DNA of 64,000 nucleotides from the NCBI GenBank assembly GCA_965235115.1, contig OZ249436.1, positions 41,356,001-41,420,000 on the forward strand. Reading direction: 5' to 3'. The position numbers and the translations under genes were made by a program. Source of the stretch: Laetmonice hystrix (Eukaryota). The notes below the pieces were generated by a model. It searched no databases. It worked only from the letters and a program-made list of their open reading frames with translations, and was not told where the DNA came from. Below are positions 1 to 11,969 of the stretch, in pieces. Position 1 is the stretch's first letter. Every line of letters starts with the position of its first letter.

Positions 1-112
1 CTGCTACTGTCACCCAGGCCACATAGTGTGTCCTCCCGTACACTGTTACTGTCACCCAGGCCACACCAGAGTGTGTCCTCCCGTACACTGCTACTGTCAA
101 CCAGGCCACATC
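1..112. repeat. End of a ~42-45 bp tandem repeat running off the window start
   Basis: ctgctactgtcacccaggccac..gtgtgtcctcccgtaca occurs about 2.5 times from position 1. Confidence 0.75.
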
Positions 113-2175
113 ATACTATGTACCTATATACAGACAGACCCGCTGAACCACTCAGGCCACGTATTGCGCCCTGCAGACCACTGCTGCCACTCAGGCCGGT
201 AGCCGGCTACTGTCACTCACCAGGCTGTCCGGTGACCCTCCATCCTCCCAGGTCCATTCATACCCTGAGCCGTCAGTCAGTCGGGGTTAGCGCCAGGCAT
301 TATGAGGCCCTGGTATTGACCGGTGGTCAGCCATAGCTTGAGCGAATCATAACTCAGGTCGGCTACGTGTCCCTACGGTCCTCTGTCAGAAGTGGAAGGA
401 TCCAGCCACTAGATTCTATCTTATTTATCTAATACTAATAGTAATTAAATAGCAAAGAACGTACATAGTCTACTTTCTTTGGTAATTGGCAGCCGTTGTT
501 TGTGAGACGGTCCTTGTCGTATCTGGCAACCGACTCGTCGCTGATTGTATAATGGAGAACAACCAAGCTTTTCCCATGATGATCTATCTGCTTGCATGCC
601 AGCAGTCGTGATGAAACTTCGCAATGATTCTGAGTTAGCACCAATAATGTGACGGGTCATTAAAACCAGTACATTTGGTGTACAGCCAGAAACGACCGGG
701 CCCCTCTAGGACCGACTTCTCCTCGGCAAGCTGCTACCGAGGGGGGCTAGAGAACCCTCCCCCCTTGGGCTCAAAGTCCAAATTCTTCAGAAAAGGGTAC
801 CAATTTTTACTTAAAATCAGGACCTTTTTTGTAAAATCGTTACATTTTTACGGAAGTCTTCCGGTAAAAACCTCAGGAATCCACCATCTCGAAGTAATAG
901 CACTATTCCAGACTCTGTTTTTAAAGGGGCATGCTATGAAACACGTTTTTGAGGATTTCCGGCAATTATCCAACATGACCGCGTACTAGGGATCCAAGTA
1001 AATAATCCTACCACAGCATTTTGTCCTCCGACGTGTTTTCGCTGCGTATGCAGCACAAGTAGGTTCTATACGACCAAATCTATAGATTTCTCCCGATAGC
1101 ACATCTCCCGCCATAATTTGGCGGACAACCTCCCATCAACCCGTGTAATTGCATACTGTGTCACATCCTGTGTGTGCACTCTCTGCATGTGCTTATTCAC
1201 GTGCTTTGCTTAGTTGTAAACAATTCAGCAGTGGCACTCGATCGCCCGGCATCAGAATGCCACCCAAAAAATATTTTACGAAATCGGCAGAGAAGCGGGC
1301 AAGGGAGCTTAATAAACTTCGATTTCTCACGCAAAATGAAACTGATAAGTCTGTCTTTGTTTACCAAGCAATTTTAATGAAGGATCTCTTTATGAAAATT
1401 AAGTTCTATGAAATACCGATTTTTAACGTTTCCTCAGTTACCTTTAATCTACAAAATTTCAAAAGGGCCATGATCCACCCCAGGATACCTACCCCCTCAT
1501 CACAAGACAAGATCGATGTCCTGTACTGGCAGTCGACATACCTTAGTCTCCATTACTCAATCCCCTCCAAGAATTTGTTAAAAGTGCCTTTGAAGCACGT
1601 CTCTCTTACATTTGTAGAAAAACGCAGTTGTGCGAAATGAAATGCTCAAGGATACAGAGATACAAGGTCCTCCACTAGATAATATAGATTTATTGCACAC
1701 TCCTCACGTCCTGTTAAATATTAACTACTGTGACATGTTTCCCGCCAACGTGACCTCAGCATGGGACCATGTCTCGACGTCTGCCCGTCCCACAATTCTC
1801 GACGGTGTACAGATTCCGAGGGTGAAGAAAAAGCAAACTTGTGAACATAAAATATTCAGGTGCGTCCATAACGTCACGTTTGGTACCCCCGATATTTAGC
1901 AGACAGCGTGGGGTGAGGCCACCGGGCTGACCTGAGTGCACAGTGCAGGAGAGGACCTTGAACTTTTAATGCTGGTACAAATACTTTTCAATTCTTACGT
2001 TATTAGTGGACGGCTACACGTAAAAAAAAATGACCCTACGGGTGAGCCGAAGAAAAAAGCCACAAATTAAGTGGCATGGTCCGAGGGGCTGCAGAAGACG
2101 AACATGTTCGCGAACATTTGTACAAAAATCCACTGGGACAATTATTGTTCGCGACTAATTGTTCGTTGGTAGAAA

Positions 2176-4992
2176 CTGGGACAGCTAGTAGAAACTGAGG
2201 GGCTATAATGTATGGCTACCGCTGGGACAGCTAGTAGAAACTTTGGAGGCTGTAATGTATGGCTTTCAGTGGCTGACACCGCTGGGACAGCTAGTAGAAA
2301 CTTTGGAGGCTGTAATGTATGGCTTTCAGTGGCTGACACCGCTGGGACAGTAGAAACTAAGGAGGCTGTAATGTATGGCTTCCAGTGGCTGACACCGCTG
2401 GGACAGCTAGTATAGAAACTAAGGAGGCTGTAATGTATGGCTTCCAGTGGCTGACACCGCTGGGACAGTATAAACTGAGGAGGCTGTAATGTATGGCTTC
2501 CAGTGGCTGACACCGCTGGGACAGTAGAAACTAAGGAGGCTGTAATGTATGGCTTCCAGTGGCTGACACCGCTCGGTCAGCTAGTATAGAAACTAAGGAG
2601 GCTGTAATGTATGGCTTCCAGTGGCTGACACCGCTGGGACACCTAGTATAGAAACTGAGGAGGCTGTAATGTATGGCTTTCAGTGGCTGACACCGCTGGG
2701 ACAGTAGAAACTAAGGAGGCTGTAATGTATGGCTTCCAGTGGCTGACACCGCTGGGACAGCTAGTATAGAAACTAAGGAGGCTGTAATGTATGGCTTCCA
2801 GTGGCTGACACCGCTGGGACAGCTAGTATAGAAACTGAGGAGGCTGTAATGTATGGCTTTCAGTGGCTGACACCGCTGGGACAGTAGAAACTAAGGAGGC
2901 TGTAATGTATGGCTTTCAGTGGCTGACACCTCTGGGACAGCTAGTATAGAAACTAAGGAGGCTGTAATGTATGGCTTCCAGTGGCTGACACCGCTGGGAC
3001 AGCTAGTATAGAAACTGAGGAGGCTGTAATGTATGGCTTTCAGTGGCTGACACCGCTGGGACAGCTAGTATAGAAACTGAGGAGGCTGTAATGTATGGCT
3101 TTCAGTGGCTGACACCGCTGGGACAGTAGAAACTGAGGAGGCTGTAATGTATGGCTTTCAGTGGCTGACACCACTGGGACAGTAGAAACTAAGGAGGCTG
3201 TAATGTATGGCTTTCAGTGGCTGACACCGCTGGGACAGTAGAAACTAAGGAGGCTGTAATGTATGGCTTCCAGTGGCTGACACCGCTGGGACAGCTAGTA
3301 TAGAAACTGAGGAGGCTGTAATGTATGGCTTTCAGTGGCTGACACCGCTGGGACAGCTAGTATAGAAACTGAGGAGGCTGTAATGTATGGCTTTCAGTGG
3401 CTGACACCGCTGGGACAGTAGAAACTGAGGAGGCTGTAATGTATGGCTTTCAGTGGCTGACACCACTGGGACAGTAGAAACTAAGGAGGCTGTAATGTAT
3501 GGCTTTCAGTGGCTGACACCGCTGGGACAGTAGAAACTAAGGAGGCTGTAATGTATGGCTTCCAGTGGCTGACACCGCTGGGACAGCTAGTATAGAAACT
3601 AAGGAGGCTGTAATGTATGGCTTCCAGTGGCTGACACCGCTGGGACAGTAGAAACTGAGGAGGCTGTAATGTATGGCTTCCAGTGGCTGACACCGCTGGG
3701 ACAGTAGAAACTAAGGAGGCTGTAATGTATGGCTTCCAGTGGCTGACACCGCTGGGACAGTAGAAACTAAGGAGGCTGTAATGTATGGCTTCCAGTGGCT
3801 GACACCGCTCGGACAGCTAGTATAAAAACTAAGGAGGCTGTAATGTATGGCTTCCAGTGGCTGACACCGCTGGGACAGCTAGTATAGAAACTGAGGAGGC
3901 TGTAATGTATGGCTTTCAGTGGCTGACACCGCTGGGACAGTAGAAACTGAGGAGGCTGTAATGTATGGCTTTCAGTGGCTGACACCGCTGGGACAGTAGA
4001 AACTAAGGAGGCTGTAATGTATGACTTTCAGTGGCTGACACCGCTGGGACAGCTAGTATAGAAACTAAGGAGGCTGTAATGTATGGCTTTCAGTGGCTGA
4101 CACCGCTGGGACAGCTAGTATAGAAACTGAGGAGGCTGTAATGTATGGCTTTCAGTGGCTGACACCGCTGGGACAGTAGAAACTGAGGAGGCTGTAATGT
4201 ATGACTTTCAGTGGCTGACACCTCTGGGACAGCTAGTATAGAAACTAAGGAGGCTGTAATGTATGGCTTCCAGTGGCTGACACCGCTGGGACAGCTAGTA
4301 TAGAAACTGAGGAGGCTGTAATGTATGGCTTTCAGTGGCTGACACCGCTGGGACAGTAGAAACTGAGGAGGCTGTAATGTATGACTTTCAGTGGCTGACA
4401 CCACTGGGACAGTAGAAACTGAGGAGGCTGTAATGTATGACTTTCAGTGGCTGACACCGCTGGGACAGCTAGTATAGAAACTAAGGAGGCTGTAATGTAT
4501 GGCTTCCAGTGGCTGACACCGCTGGGACAGCTAGTATAGAAACTGAGGAGGCTGTAATGTATGGCTTCCAGTGGCTGACACCGCTGGGACAGCTAGTATA
4601 GAAACTGAGGGGGGCTGTAATGAATGGCTTCCAGTGGCTGACACCGCTGGGACAGCTAGTATAGATACTGAGGAGGCTGTAATGTATGGCTTCCAGTGGC
4701 TGACACCGCTGGGACAGCTAGTATAGAAACTGAGGAGGCTATAATGTATGGCTTTCAGTGGCTGACACCGCTCGGACAGCTAGTATAGAAACTGAGGAGG
4801 CTATAATGTATGGCTTTCAGTGGCTGACACCGCAGGGACTGTAGAAACTAAGGAGGCTGTAATGTATGGCTTTCAGTGGCTGACACCGCTGGGACAGCTA
4901 GTATAGAAACTGAGGGGGGCTGTAATGTATGGCTTTCAGTGGCTGACACCGCTGGGACAGCTAGTATAGAAACTGAGGAGGCTGTAATGTAT
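2176..4992. repeat. Minisatellite, 56/60/62-bp unit variants, ~48 copies (left part)
   Basis: Unit gctgggacag[ctagta]tagaaact(a/g)aggaggctgtaatgtatggctt(c/t)cagtggctgacacc. Periods of 56 (2341 to 2397) and 62 (2397 to 2459) read directly. Confidence 0.98.
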
Positions 4993-6452
4993 CAGGGATG
5001 AAAGTGGCCAGCTGTAAAATTTCCTGAAATTCTGACCGGGGGGGAGCGGCGGGGGCCAATGTCCATAATTAATATTTGTTCATGCGCACATCCAAGGCTT
5101 ACCCCCCCCCCCCCCTTAAAAAAAGTCAGGCTAGGAACAGCAGACAATCATGATCCGATAAGGCCTCCTAGCTATTATATATTATAGGGCCTAGCCCTCA
5201 GTATTTAGTCGCCACCCCCCCCCCACCCCACCCCCCCTCAACCCCCCACCCCTGCAAATTTGCTGGATAGACTCCATCACTCATCAGTCCATGCCCCTGT
5301 TCAAGGCTGTTGCTTGCCTGTCACTCAGTCACAGTCAGTGTCAACCTCTGCCTGGCTCTGCCGTCTCTCTCCAACATTGGAATCCAGTCGGCTTTTAGCG
5401 TCCAAAATGCAACCGATTACGTTGTCAAACAGCTTCCATGTGTTAGACTGACCACACAGCTAGGCTGTCCATCAGTCTTGACCCTCAGCAGTCACGACCC
5501 TCAGCGGCTCTCAGCCAAGCAACACAGGCTTCGCTGAGTCGAGTGGTTCAGCCCGTGTGTCCATGTGCCACTCATGTTGTTGTGAAAATTGTCACTTCCG
5601 ACTTCCGGTCTTATCAGGACACCTGCACTGATCGACAAATGTAATGAAAAGTCATGACAACCCCAAAACTTCAGTGAAAACCACTTACGTAATGCCACTA
5701 TCCTCAAATTTATATGCAAGAACACATTATGAGAACTTACTGACATATATACTAGGCAGATTCATAGAACTAAATTGACCCAGTTTCCTGTGAGGAGTGA
5801 CATTGTGATGGTGCGTCGTCAGCCTAATCACTATCACCGGGACTAGACAGACCGGTCTGTCTATAGTCTTGTTGCTATCACTAAGTGAGCGCTCAGGCAA
5901 AACTCGCGCATGGATATGGCATAATGGCAAGCCTGAATCAACGGGCTTCGCAGCTGCCTGACCATCAATTTTGCCTGAAGTCATTACCTGAGGTGAGTCG
6001 CTCTCACCACAGCGACACGGGGCCGTGCCTGCCAGACGGGACAGACGCCACCGCGTGCCGGTGGAAGTCAGCCCACGCGGGCCGGTCTATGTGAGCGATG
6101 TCACCACAGCTACAGGGACCAGCACCCCCGGCAGACCGGCCTATGCACGGTGGCACCCGTGACACTGGACGGGTTTGAGACACTCTAATATCCCCATCTA
6201 TAAACGAACTTTGGCAGGTAGAGATATATTGAGCTGCATGGTGTTAAAAAGCGTCCTGAAAGGGGATATTGTTTCATTTGATATTAATTGCCCACCACAC
6301 AGTCCAGGGCAAAAATACTTAGCCTTGGCTTAGGCCTACCTCTTTTGCCTATAGATCTAGGCCTATTTCCTTTTTTGGGTGTTATTTCTTGGGGGGGGGG
6401 ATTTTTTCAAATTTCCTGATTTCAGGAAATTTCCTGAAAACTTTCATCCCTG
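4993..6452. mobile_element. Non-autonomous TIR DNA transposon (hAT-like CAGGG termini, 6-bp TSD), copy 1, 1460 bp
   Basis: Perfect 13-bp TIR cagggatgaaagt/actttcatccctg. Flanked by direct repeat atgtat (4987-4992, 6453-6458). Interrupts the minisatellite in register. Near-identical second copy at 27054-28228. No transposase ORF. Confidence 0.95.
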
Positions 6453-6670
6453 ATGTATGGCTTCCAGTGGCTGACACCGCTGGGACAGTAGAAACTGAGG
6501 AGGCTGTAAATGGCTTCCAGTGGATGACACCGCTGGGACAGCTAGTATAGAAACTAAGGAGGCTGTAATGTATGGCTTTCAGTGGCTGACACCGCTGGGA
6601 CAGTAGAACCTGAGGAGGCTGTAATGTATGGCTTTCAGTGGCTGACACCGCTGGGACAGTATAGAAACTG
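6453..6670. repeat. Continuation of the 56/62-bp minisatellite, degenerating to ~6870
   Basis: The same unit resumes at the TSD for about 4 units, followed by decayed copies (tatggtttccagtggctgat, catggctaccagtggct). Confidence 0.95.
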
Positions 6671-7780
6671 AGAGGGTTGTTTTTTTTTTGTTCCAATGGC
6701 TGATACGACCGAGATAGTAGAAACTCAGAGGGCGGTTATATGTAAGGTTTCCAGTGGCTCAATGAGACAGTAGAAACCGTTAGAGTTATTATGTATGGTT
6801 TCCAGTGGCTGATAAGATTGGGCCATGAGAACCACAACGTCTATTATAACATGCATGGCTACCAGTGGCTTCAGACAAGTCCGACATACCTAGACCAAGC
6901 TTGGGTGGCGGTTGAGAAGATGAAGAGGCCAATTAAAACGGACTTGGTGCGTGTGACATCTTTATGGACACCGAACAGCAGCAGTGATCCCTCCATCGGG
7001 AGAAGGGATTAAGGTGATTACAGACGAACATATTCTCTGCCACTTTAATCCCCCTCTGTCAGGTACTATCCAGAAAGGTACCATGGGGGTCCACCAGACA
7101 CAAAGAGGGCCCCGTTCTCAATCTTATGTCGTGTTTTGATAGATATATGCCTTTACAATGATGATATATCGGGCAGCGTCCAAGTATTATGTATAAATCT
7201 GGGGCCTTCAGACCAACGCGTCGCCCCAATAAACTAGTCAGTGAATTTAACATTCCCTCCTCTGCTGGATCACGTCATCTACCGCCTTCGATGCAAATCA
7301 GTTTTATGGAAAGATTGACTGGTGGTTGCATTTTTCAGAGGTATTCTTTTGTGACTTGGATTACCGAAACAACAGTGCCATTCCCTGGGGCCTTTTTGGG
7401 GGAAAAATCAAGGAAACTGAATGACATAATGAGAAAGGACTGATCCGAATTCCATTGCTATGATCTAATGTTCCCTGTCCGTAATCCAGGGAATTTTATA
7501 AAGAGATTTGTTCCCATCGTAAATATTCATCGCAGTATGCCAGAGCGGATCGGGACTTAAAGTCCAAGACAGCAAGAGGATTATATTTTCAGACATATCG
7601 TTCAAAGGGTGCACACACAACAGTGACCAACTACAAGTAACAACATGTGAAAGCATTCATCGGGAGCCCGGCCCCAACAGTCTCCCTTCATAACTTGATC
7701 CGCACTCAAGTTACTCTCTTGATGCATATAAACTACATGTATTTCAAACAAGATATCTAGAGGATATTAAAGTTAACCTG

Positions 7781-7916
7781 GTCCCAGTTCCTAAAATCTT
7801 AAGATCTTACTTAAGTTTAGGTTTAACGCTTCTGATTGGCCAGTCTGCTTTGGCCAGCCAATCAGAAACGTTAAGCCTAAACTTAAGTAAGATCTTAAGA
7901 TTTTAGGAACCGGGCC
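7781..7916. mobile_element. Foldback MITE, PIF/Harbinger-like, 136 bp
   Basis: Almost entirely palindromic: gtcccagttcctaaaatcttaagatcttacttaagtttagg ... cctaaacttaagtaagatcttaagattttaggaaccgggcc. Flanks ctg/ccg are an imperfect CWG-type 3-bp TSD. Confidence 0.8.
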
Positions 7917-8195
7917 CCGGTCTGTCCATGAATTGTTTGATCTGCTTGCCTGAATGAGTTTATTCTCAGTCCAACTTAGTGCTCTTCCCCTGGCCGTCTT
8001 TTCAAAAAAAGGGATCGGCCTCACCTGACAAATCTCCGCCATCGTTGCGGACCTGTGTTTGTGCGGGTACCACATAATAGTACTGATTACTGTGCCCTCT
8101 TCATTTTCCCCTAGAGCAGTCTATAGTCTATTTGGTTTGCAAACGGTGCGAACGGCTCCTTGACCAACCGGTAGCAGGCCATGTGATGGTCCTAG

Positions 8196-8275
8196 CACAG
8201 GAATCTGACACATTGGGCGGGCGGTGGCTATAGTAGTATAACAACACAGCCGCCACTATGTGTCAAACTCCTGTG
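8196..8275. mobile_element. 80-bp MITE with 18-bp imperfect TIR and 7-bp TSD
   Basis: cacaggaatctgacacat vs reverse complement of atgtgtcaaactcctgtg (16/18). Exact direct repeat gtcctag at 8189-8195 and 8276-8282. Confidence 0.8.
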
Positions 8276-8899
8276 GTCCTAGCCTTCCAATAAAAAACAT
8301 AATTTTTTTTGCCTCAAGAGATTAGAAGGCGGACACTGTGAACGGCTCCTTTAGTGACCCCTTCGGAATGATGGACCCTCCGCAATTACACAAATAACAA
8401 GCTTGTGATCACAACGTGGGACTGACCAGAAGTGCCCGACCCTAATGGGCACAGCTGGTCAGACACACCGCCCTTTGCCTCTGTCCAGTGGTGGAGATAA
8501 GTGGGGGCACTGGTCGGACGAGGGGGTTTTGATGAAAGTCGATATTAGGATAGGTGTGGGAGCTGGGGTGTCAGGTGGTAATGATCCAACCAACAGCTCC
8601 TCGGCGATGTCAGTAACTGGTCTAACACACCGCCGTCAGAGTATGGAACTTTACAGGGGTAATACTATACTAACATTCAAAGGTGCCCCCCTTAACCAAT
8701 CTTTTAAAACAACCAGTAAACACCTTCCAGTTCCAGCCAGAATCTGGTGGTTCTCAGGGTTAACGGTCAAACAGCCACTCGGAACTAACTGAGATGGTAG
8801 TTGACGGCCTCATACATTATTGGGCATAACATTGGAACCAAAGATGTTTTTTTAATATATCTAATATTATCGAGGGTCGGAGACACTTGGACATGGGAA

Positions 8900-9105
8900 G
8901 CCATGCTAAGGGGGTTTGGGGGCATGCCGAAAAATTTTAAATTTAAGGTGTAAATTGGTGGCATTTAGTGCATCTTAGAGCACAAAATAGGGTCTAAAAT
9001 GACATGTCAAAAGTGATAATTTTCAAGCCCTATATAGGCCTACTTGATTTTGGATGGGGGGGGGAGGGGTAGAGATACCCCGGAACCCCCCTGCGCACGA
9101 CGCTG
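8900..9105. mobile_element. Probable right portion of a degenerate MITE
   Basis: gggggtttgggggcatgccgaaaaattttaaatttaagg...gtgcat motif, a G-run and a cccccctgcgcacgacgctg end resemble common invertebrate CAG-terminated MITEs. Left TIR not found. Confidence 0.35.
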
Positions 9106-9135
9106 ACCTTTCATACTGTCGGCTTCACAATACTC

Positions 9136-10011
9136 AGACAAGCTCGAGTCGTGTAACAGTTCCGATACCATAACCCGTCCCATCCAGGGTAGCTCATGTC
9201 AGCAGGGAGACAAGCTCGAGTCGTGTAACAGTTCCGATACCATAACCCGTCCCATCCAGGGTAGCTCATGTCAGCAGGGAGACAAGCTCGAGTCGTGTAA
9301 CAGTTCCGATACCATAACCCATCCAGGGTAGCTCATGTCAGCAGAGAGACAAGCTCGAGTCGTGTAACAGTTCCGATACCATAACCCATCCAGGGTAGCT
9401 CATGTCAGCAGGGAGACAAGCTCGAGTCGTGTAACAGTTCCGATACCATAACCAATCCAGGGTAGCTCATGTCAGCAGGGAGACAAGCTCGAGTCGTGTA
9501 ACAGTTCCGATACCATAACCCATCCAGGGTAGCTCATGTCAGCAGGGAGACAAGCTCGAGTCGTGTAACAGTTCCGATACCATAACCCATCCAGGGTAGC
9601 TCATGTCAGCAGGGAGACAAGCTCGAGTTGTGTAACAGTTCCGATACCATAACCCATCCAGGGTAGCTCATGTCAGCAGGGAGACAAGCTCGAGTCGTGT
9701 AACAGTTCCGATACCATAACCCATCCAGGGTAGCTCATGTCAGCAGGGAGACAAGCTCGAGTCGTGTAACAGTTCCGATACCATAACCCATCCAGGGTAG
9801 CTCATGTCAGCAGGGAGACAAGCTCGAGTTGTGTAACAGTTCCGATACCATAACCCATCCAGGGTAGCTCATGTCAGCAGGGAGACAAGCTCGAGCGTGT
9901 AACAGTTCCGATACCATAACCCATCCAGGGTAGTTCATGTCAGCAGGGAGACAAGCTCGAGTCGTGTAACAGCTCCGATACCATAACCCATCCAGGGTAG
10001 CTCATGTCAGC
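9136..10011. repeat. Minisatellite, 67-bp unit (first two 72 bp), ~13 copies
   Basis: Unit agacaagctcgagtcgtgtaacagttccgataccataacccatccagggtagctcatgtcagcaggg. Period 67 (9361 to 9428). Confidence 0.98.
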
Positions 10012-11042
10012 TCATTGTTGTAGGGAGTTGATGTTTCCGATACAGGCTGAGCGGCCGTGACCGGTCAGTGCCCGCTGTCTGCCTGACACAAACAATAGTA
10101 CATGTATCGACTTTCCGATTGCCTGTCGTGGCCATTCCACGTCAAAGCCCTTGGCTGTGCTACACTCGGTCGGCAAGTACTCAAGCTTAAGGTCCCTTGC
10201 TCCTCGTCATGACTAGAGGAGGGCAATGGTCCTGGAGGCAGAATCTGACCCAAACACTGGAGTTAAGACCGTAACTGATCAGGGGTTTACTGAGAGAGCT
10301 GGGTAAGGCTTGTCGGCTGGAGGAACGAGCTGGAGGGAGAATGAGGACAATCTAACCCGGATGTCCACGTAAATCTCCACTAATTTGGAGTGCCACAACC
10401 AGACCACAATGATCGCAGTAGCGTGTGCCATGCTAGGACTGTATCTACAGAGATATTATTGTACACAAAATGTCAAGCCATCAGCCATAGAAAATACGGC
10501 GGTACTCATGTCAGATGAACTGTTACCTGACGAATTGATACAGAGCTACCGGTAGGCCTACTCTTCCACCGTGTTTATTTTTAACCAACACCAGCTGTAG
10601 CAGCAACAATTACATTAATACAACAAAGAAAGGGAAAACATTGTCTTGAAGCGAAAATAAGAACAGGACGTACTTGGTTAGCGTTCCACTGAAAATACAT
10701 TTTATGTATAAATGGTACAACTCCATTGAATTTGGAATCGTTTTTGCAGGGTAATTGTGGGACAATACCAAAATAGCATGTTCTCAATGAACCCGGTTTT
10801 AAACACAACGAAACTGTATTGAATAATTGATCAAAGATACCTCTATGCACTTTTTGACTTCATAAATATCTTACCAATACGAAAGGAGGTCATCAGCGAT
10901 AGACCTTCTGCTGGAAATTGGATATCCATCGAAATTATTGACTACGTTTTTCTATCACTGGCATCATTCTGCTTAGTTTTAGATATGATTAGCGAACGCA
11001 GCCTCCCAGAGGTTCTGCCATCATTCAGTTATAGTGAGACTG

Positions 11043-11969
11043 GCTAGTCTGGCCCTTGGAGGGTAGATGTCCCTGCTGGTCTGGCCGTTGGAGGGTAGCT
11101 GTCCCTGCTAGTCTGGACGTTGGAGGGTAGCTGTCCCTGCTAGTCTGGCCGTTGGAGGGTAGCTGTCCCTGCTAGTCTGGACGTTGGAGGGTAGCTGTCC
11201 CTGCTAGTCTGGACGTTGGAGGGTAGCTGTCCCTGCTAGTCTGGTCGATGGAGTGTACTGTCCCCGCTAGTCTGGCCGTTGGACGGTAGCTGTCCCTGCT
11301 AGTCTGGCCGTTGGAGGGTAGCTGTTCCGGCTAGTCTGGCCGTTGGAGGGTAGCTGTCCCTGCTAGTCTGGCCGGTGGACGGTAGCTGTCCCTGCTAGTC
11401 TGGACGTTGGAGGGTAGCTGTCCCTGCTAGTCTGGACGTTGGAGGGTAGCTGTCCCTGCTAGTCTGGTCGATGGAGTGTACTGTCCCCGCTAGTCTGGCC
11501 GTTGGACGGTAGCTGTCCCTGCTAGTCTGGCCGTTGGAGGGTAGCTGTTCCGGCTAGTCTGGCCGTTGGAGGGTAGCTGTCCCTGCTAGTCTGGCCGGTG
11601 GACGGTAGCTGTCCCTGCTAGTCTGGACGTTGGAGGGCAGCTGTTCCGGCTAGTCTGGCCGTTGGACGGTAGCTGTCCCTGCTAGTCTGGCCGTTGGAGG
11701 GTAGCTGTCCCTGCTAGTCTGGCCGTTGGAGGGTAGCTGTCCCTGCTAGTCTGGACGTTGGAGGGTAGCTGTTCCTGCTAGTCTGGTCGATGGAGGGTAG
11801 CTGTTCCTGCTAGTCTGGCCGTTGGAGGGTAGCTGTCCCCGCTAGTCTGGCCGTTGGAGGGTAGCTGTTCCTGCTAGTCTGGCCGTTGGAGGGTAGCTGT
11901 CCCTGCTAGTCTGGCCGTTGGTAGGGTAGCTGTTCCTGCTAGTCTGGCCGTTGGTAGGGTAGCTGTTCC
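11043..11969. repeat. Minisatellite, 32-bp unit, ~29 copies
   Basis: Unit gctagtctggccgttggagggtagctgtccct. A diagnostic variant recurs at 11244 and 11467. Confidence 0.98.

Noticed and set aside
921..1600. ttaaaggggca Kolobok-like left end and the 163-aa ORF at 1149-1640
   Set aside because: No matching right TIR found, and the ORF has no recognisable motif.
2142..4404. ORFs within the first satellite (likewise those at 12.6-13.6, 18.2-21.1, 38.8-39.6 and 44.7-45.9 kb)
   Set aside because: Frames shift with unit length and the peptides are simply translated repeats.
10279..10350. Minus-strand acceptor (ttgtcctcattctccctccag) followed by LVPPADKPYPALSVNP-stop
   Set aside because: Good acceptor but very short, with no linked upstream exon or homology to support it.
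9136..11969. CRISPR-like appearance of the regular arrays
   Set aside because: Units are head-to-tail with no unique spacers, there are no cas genes, and the context is eukaryotic.
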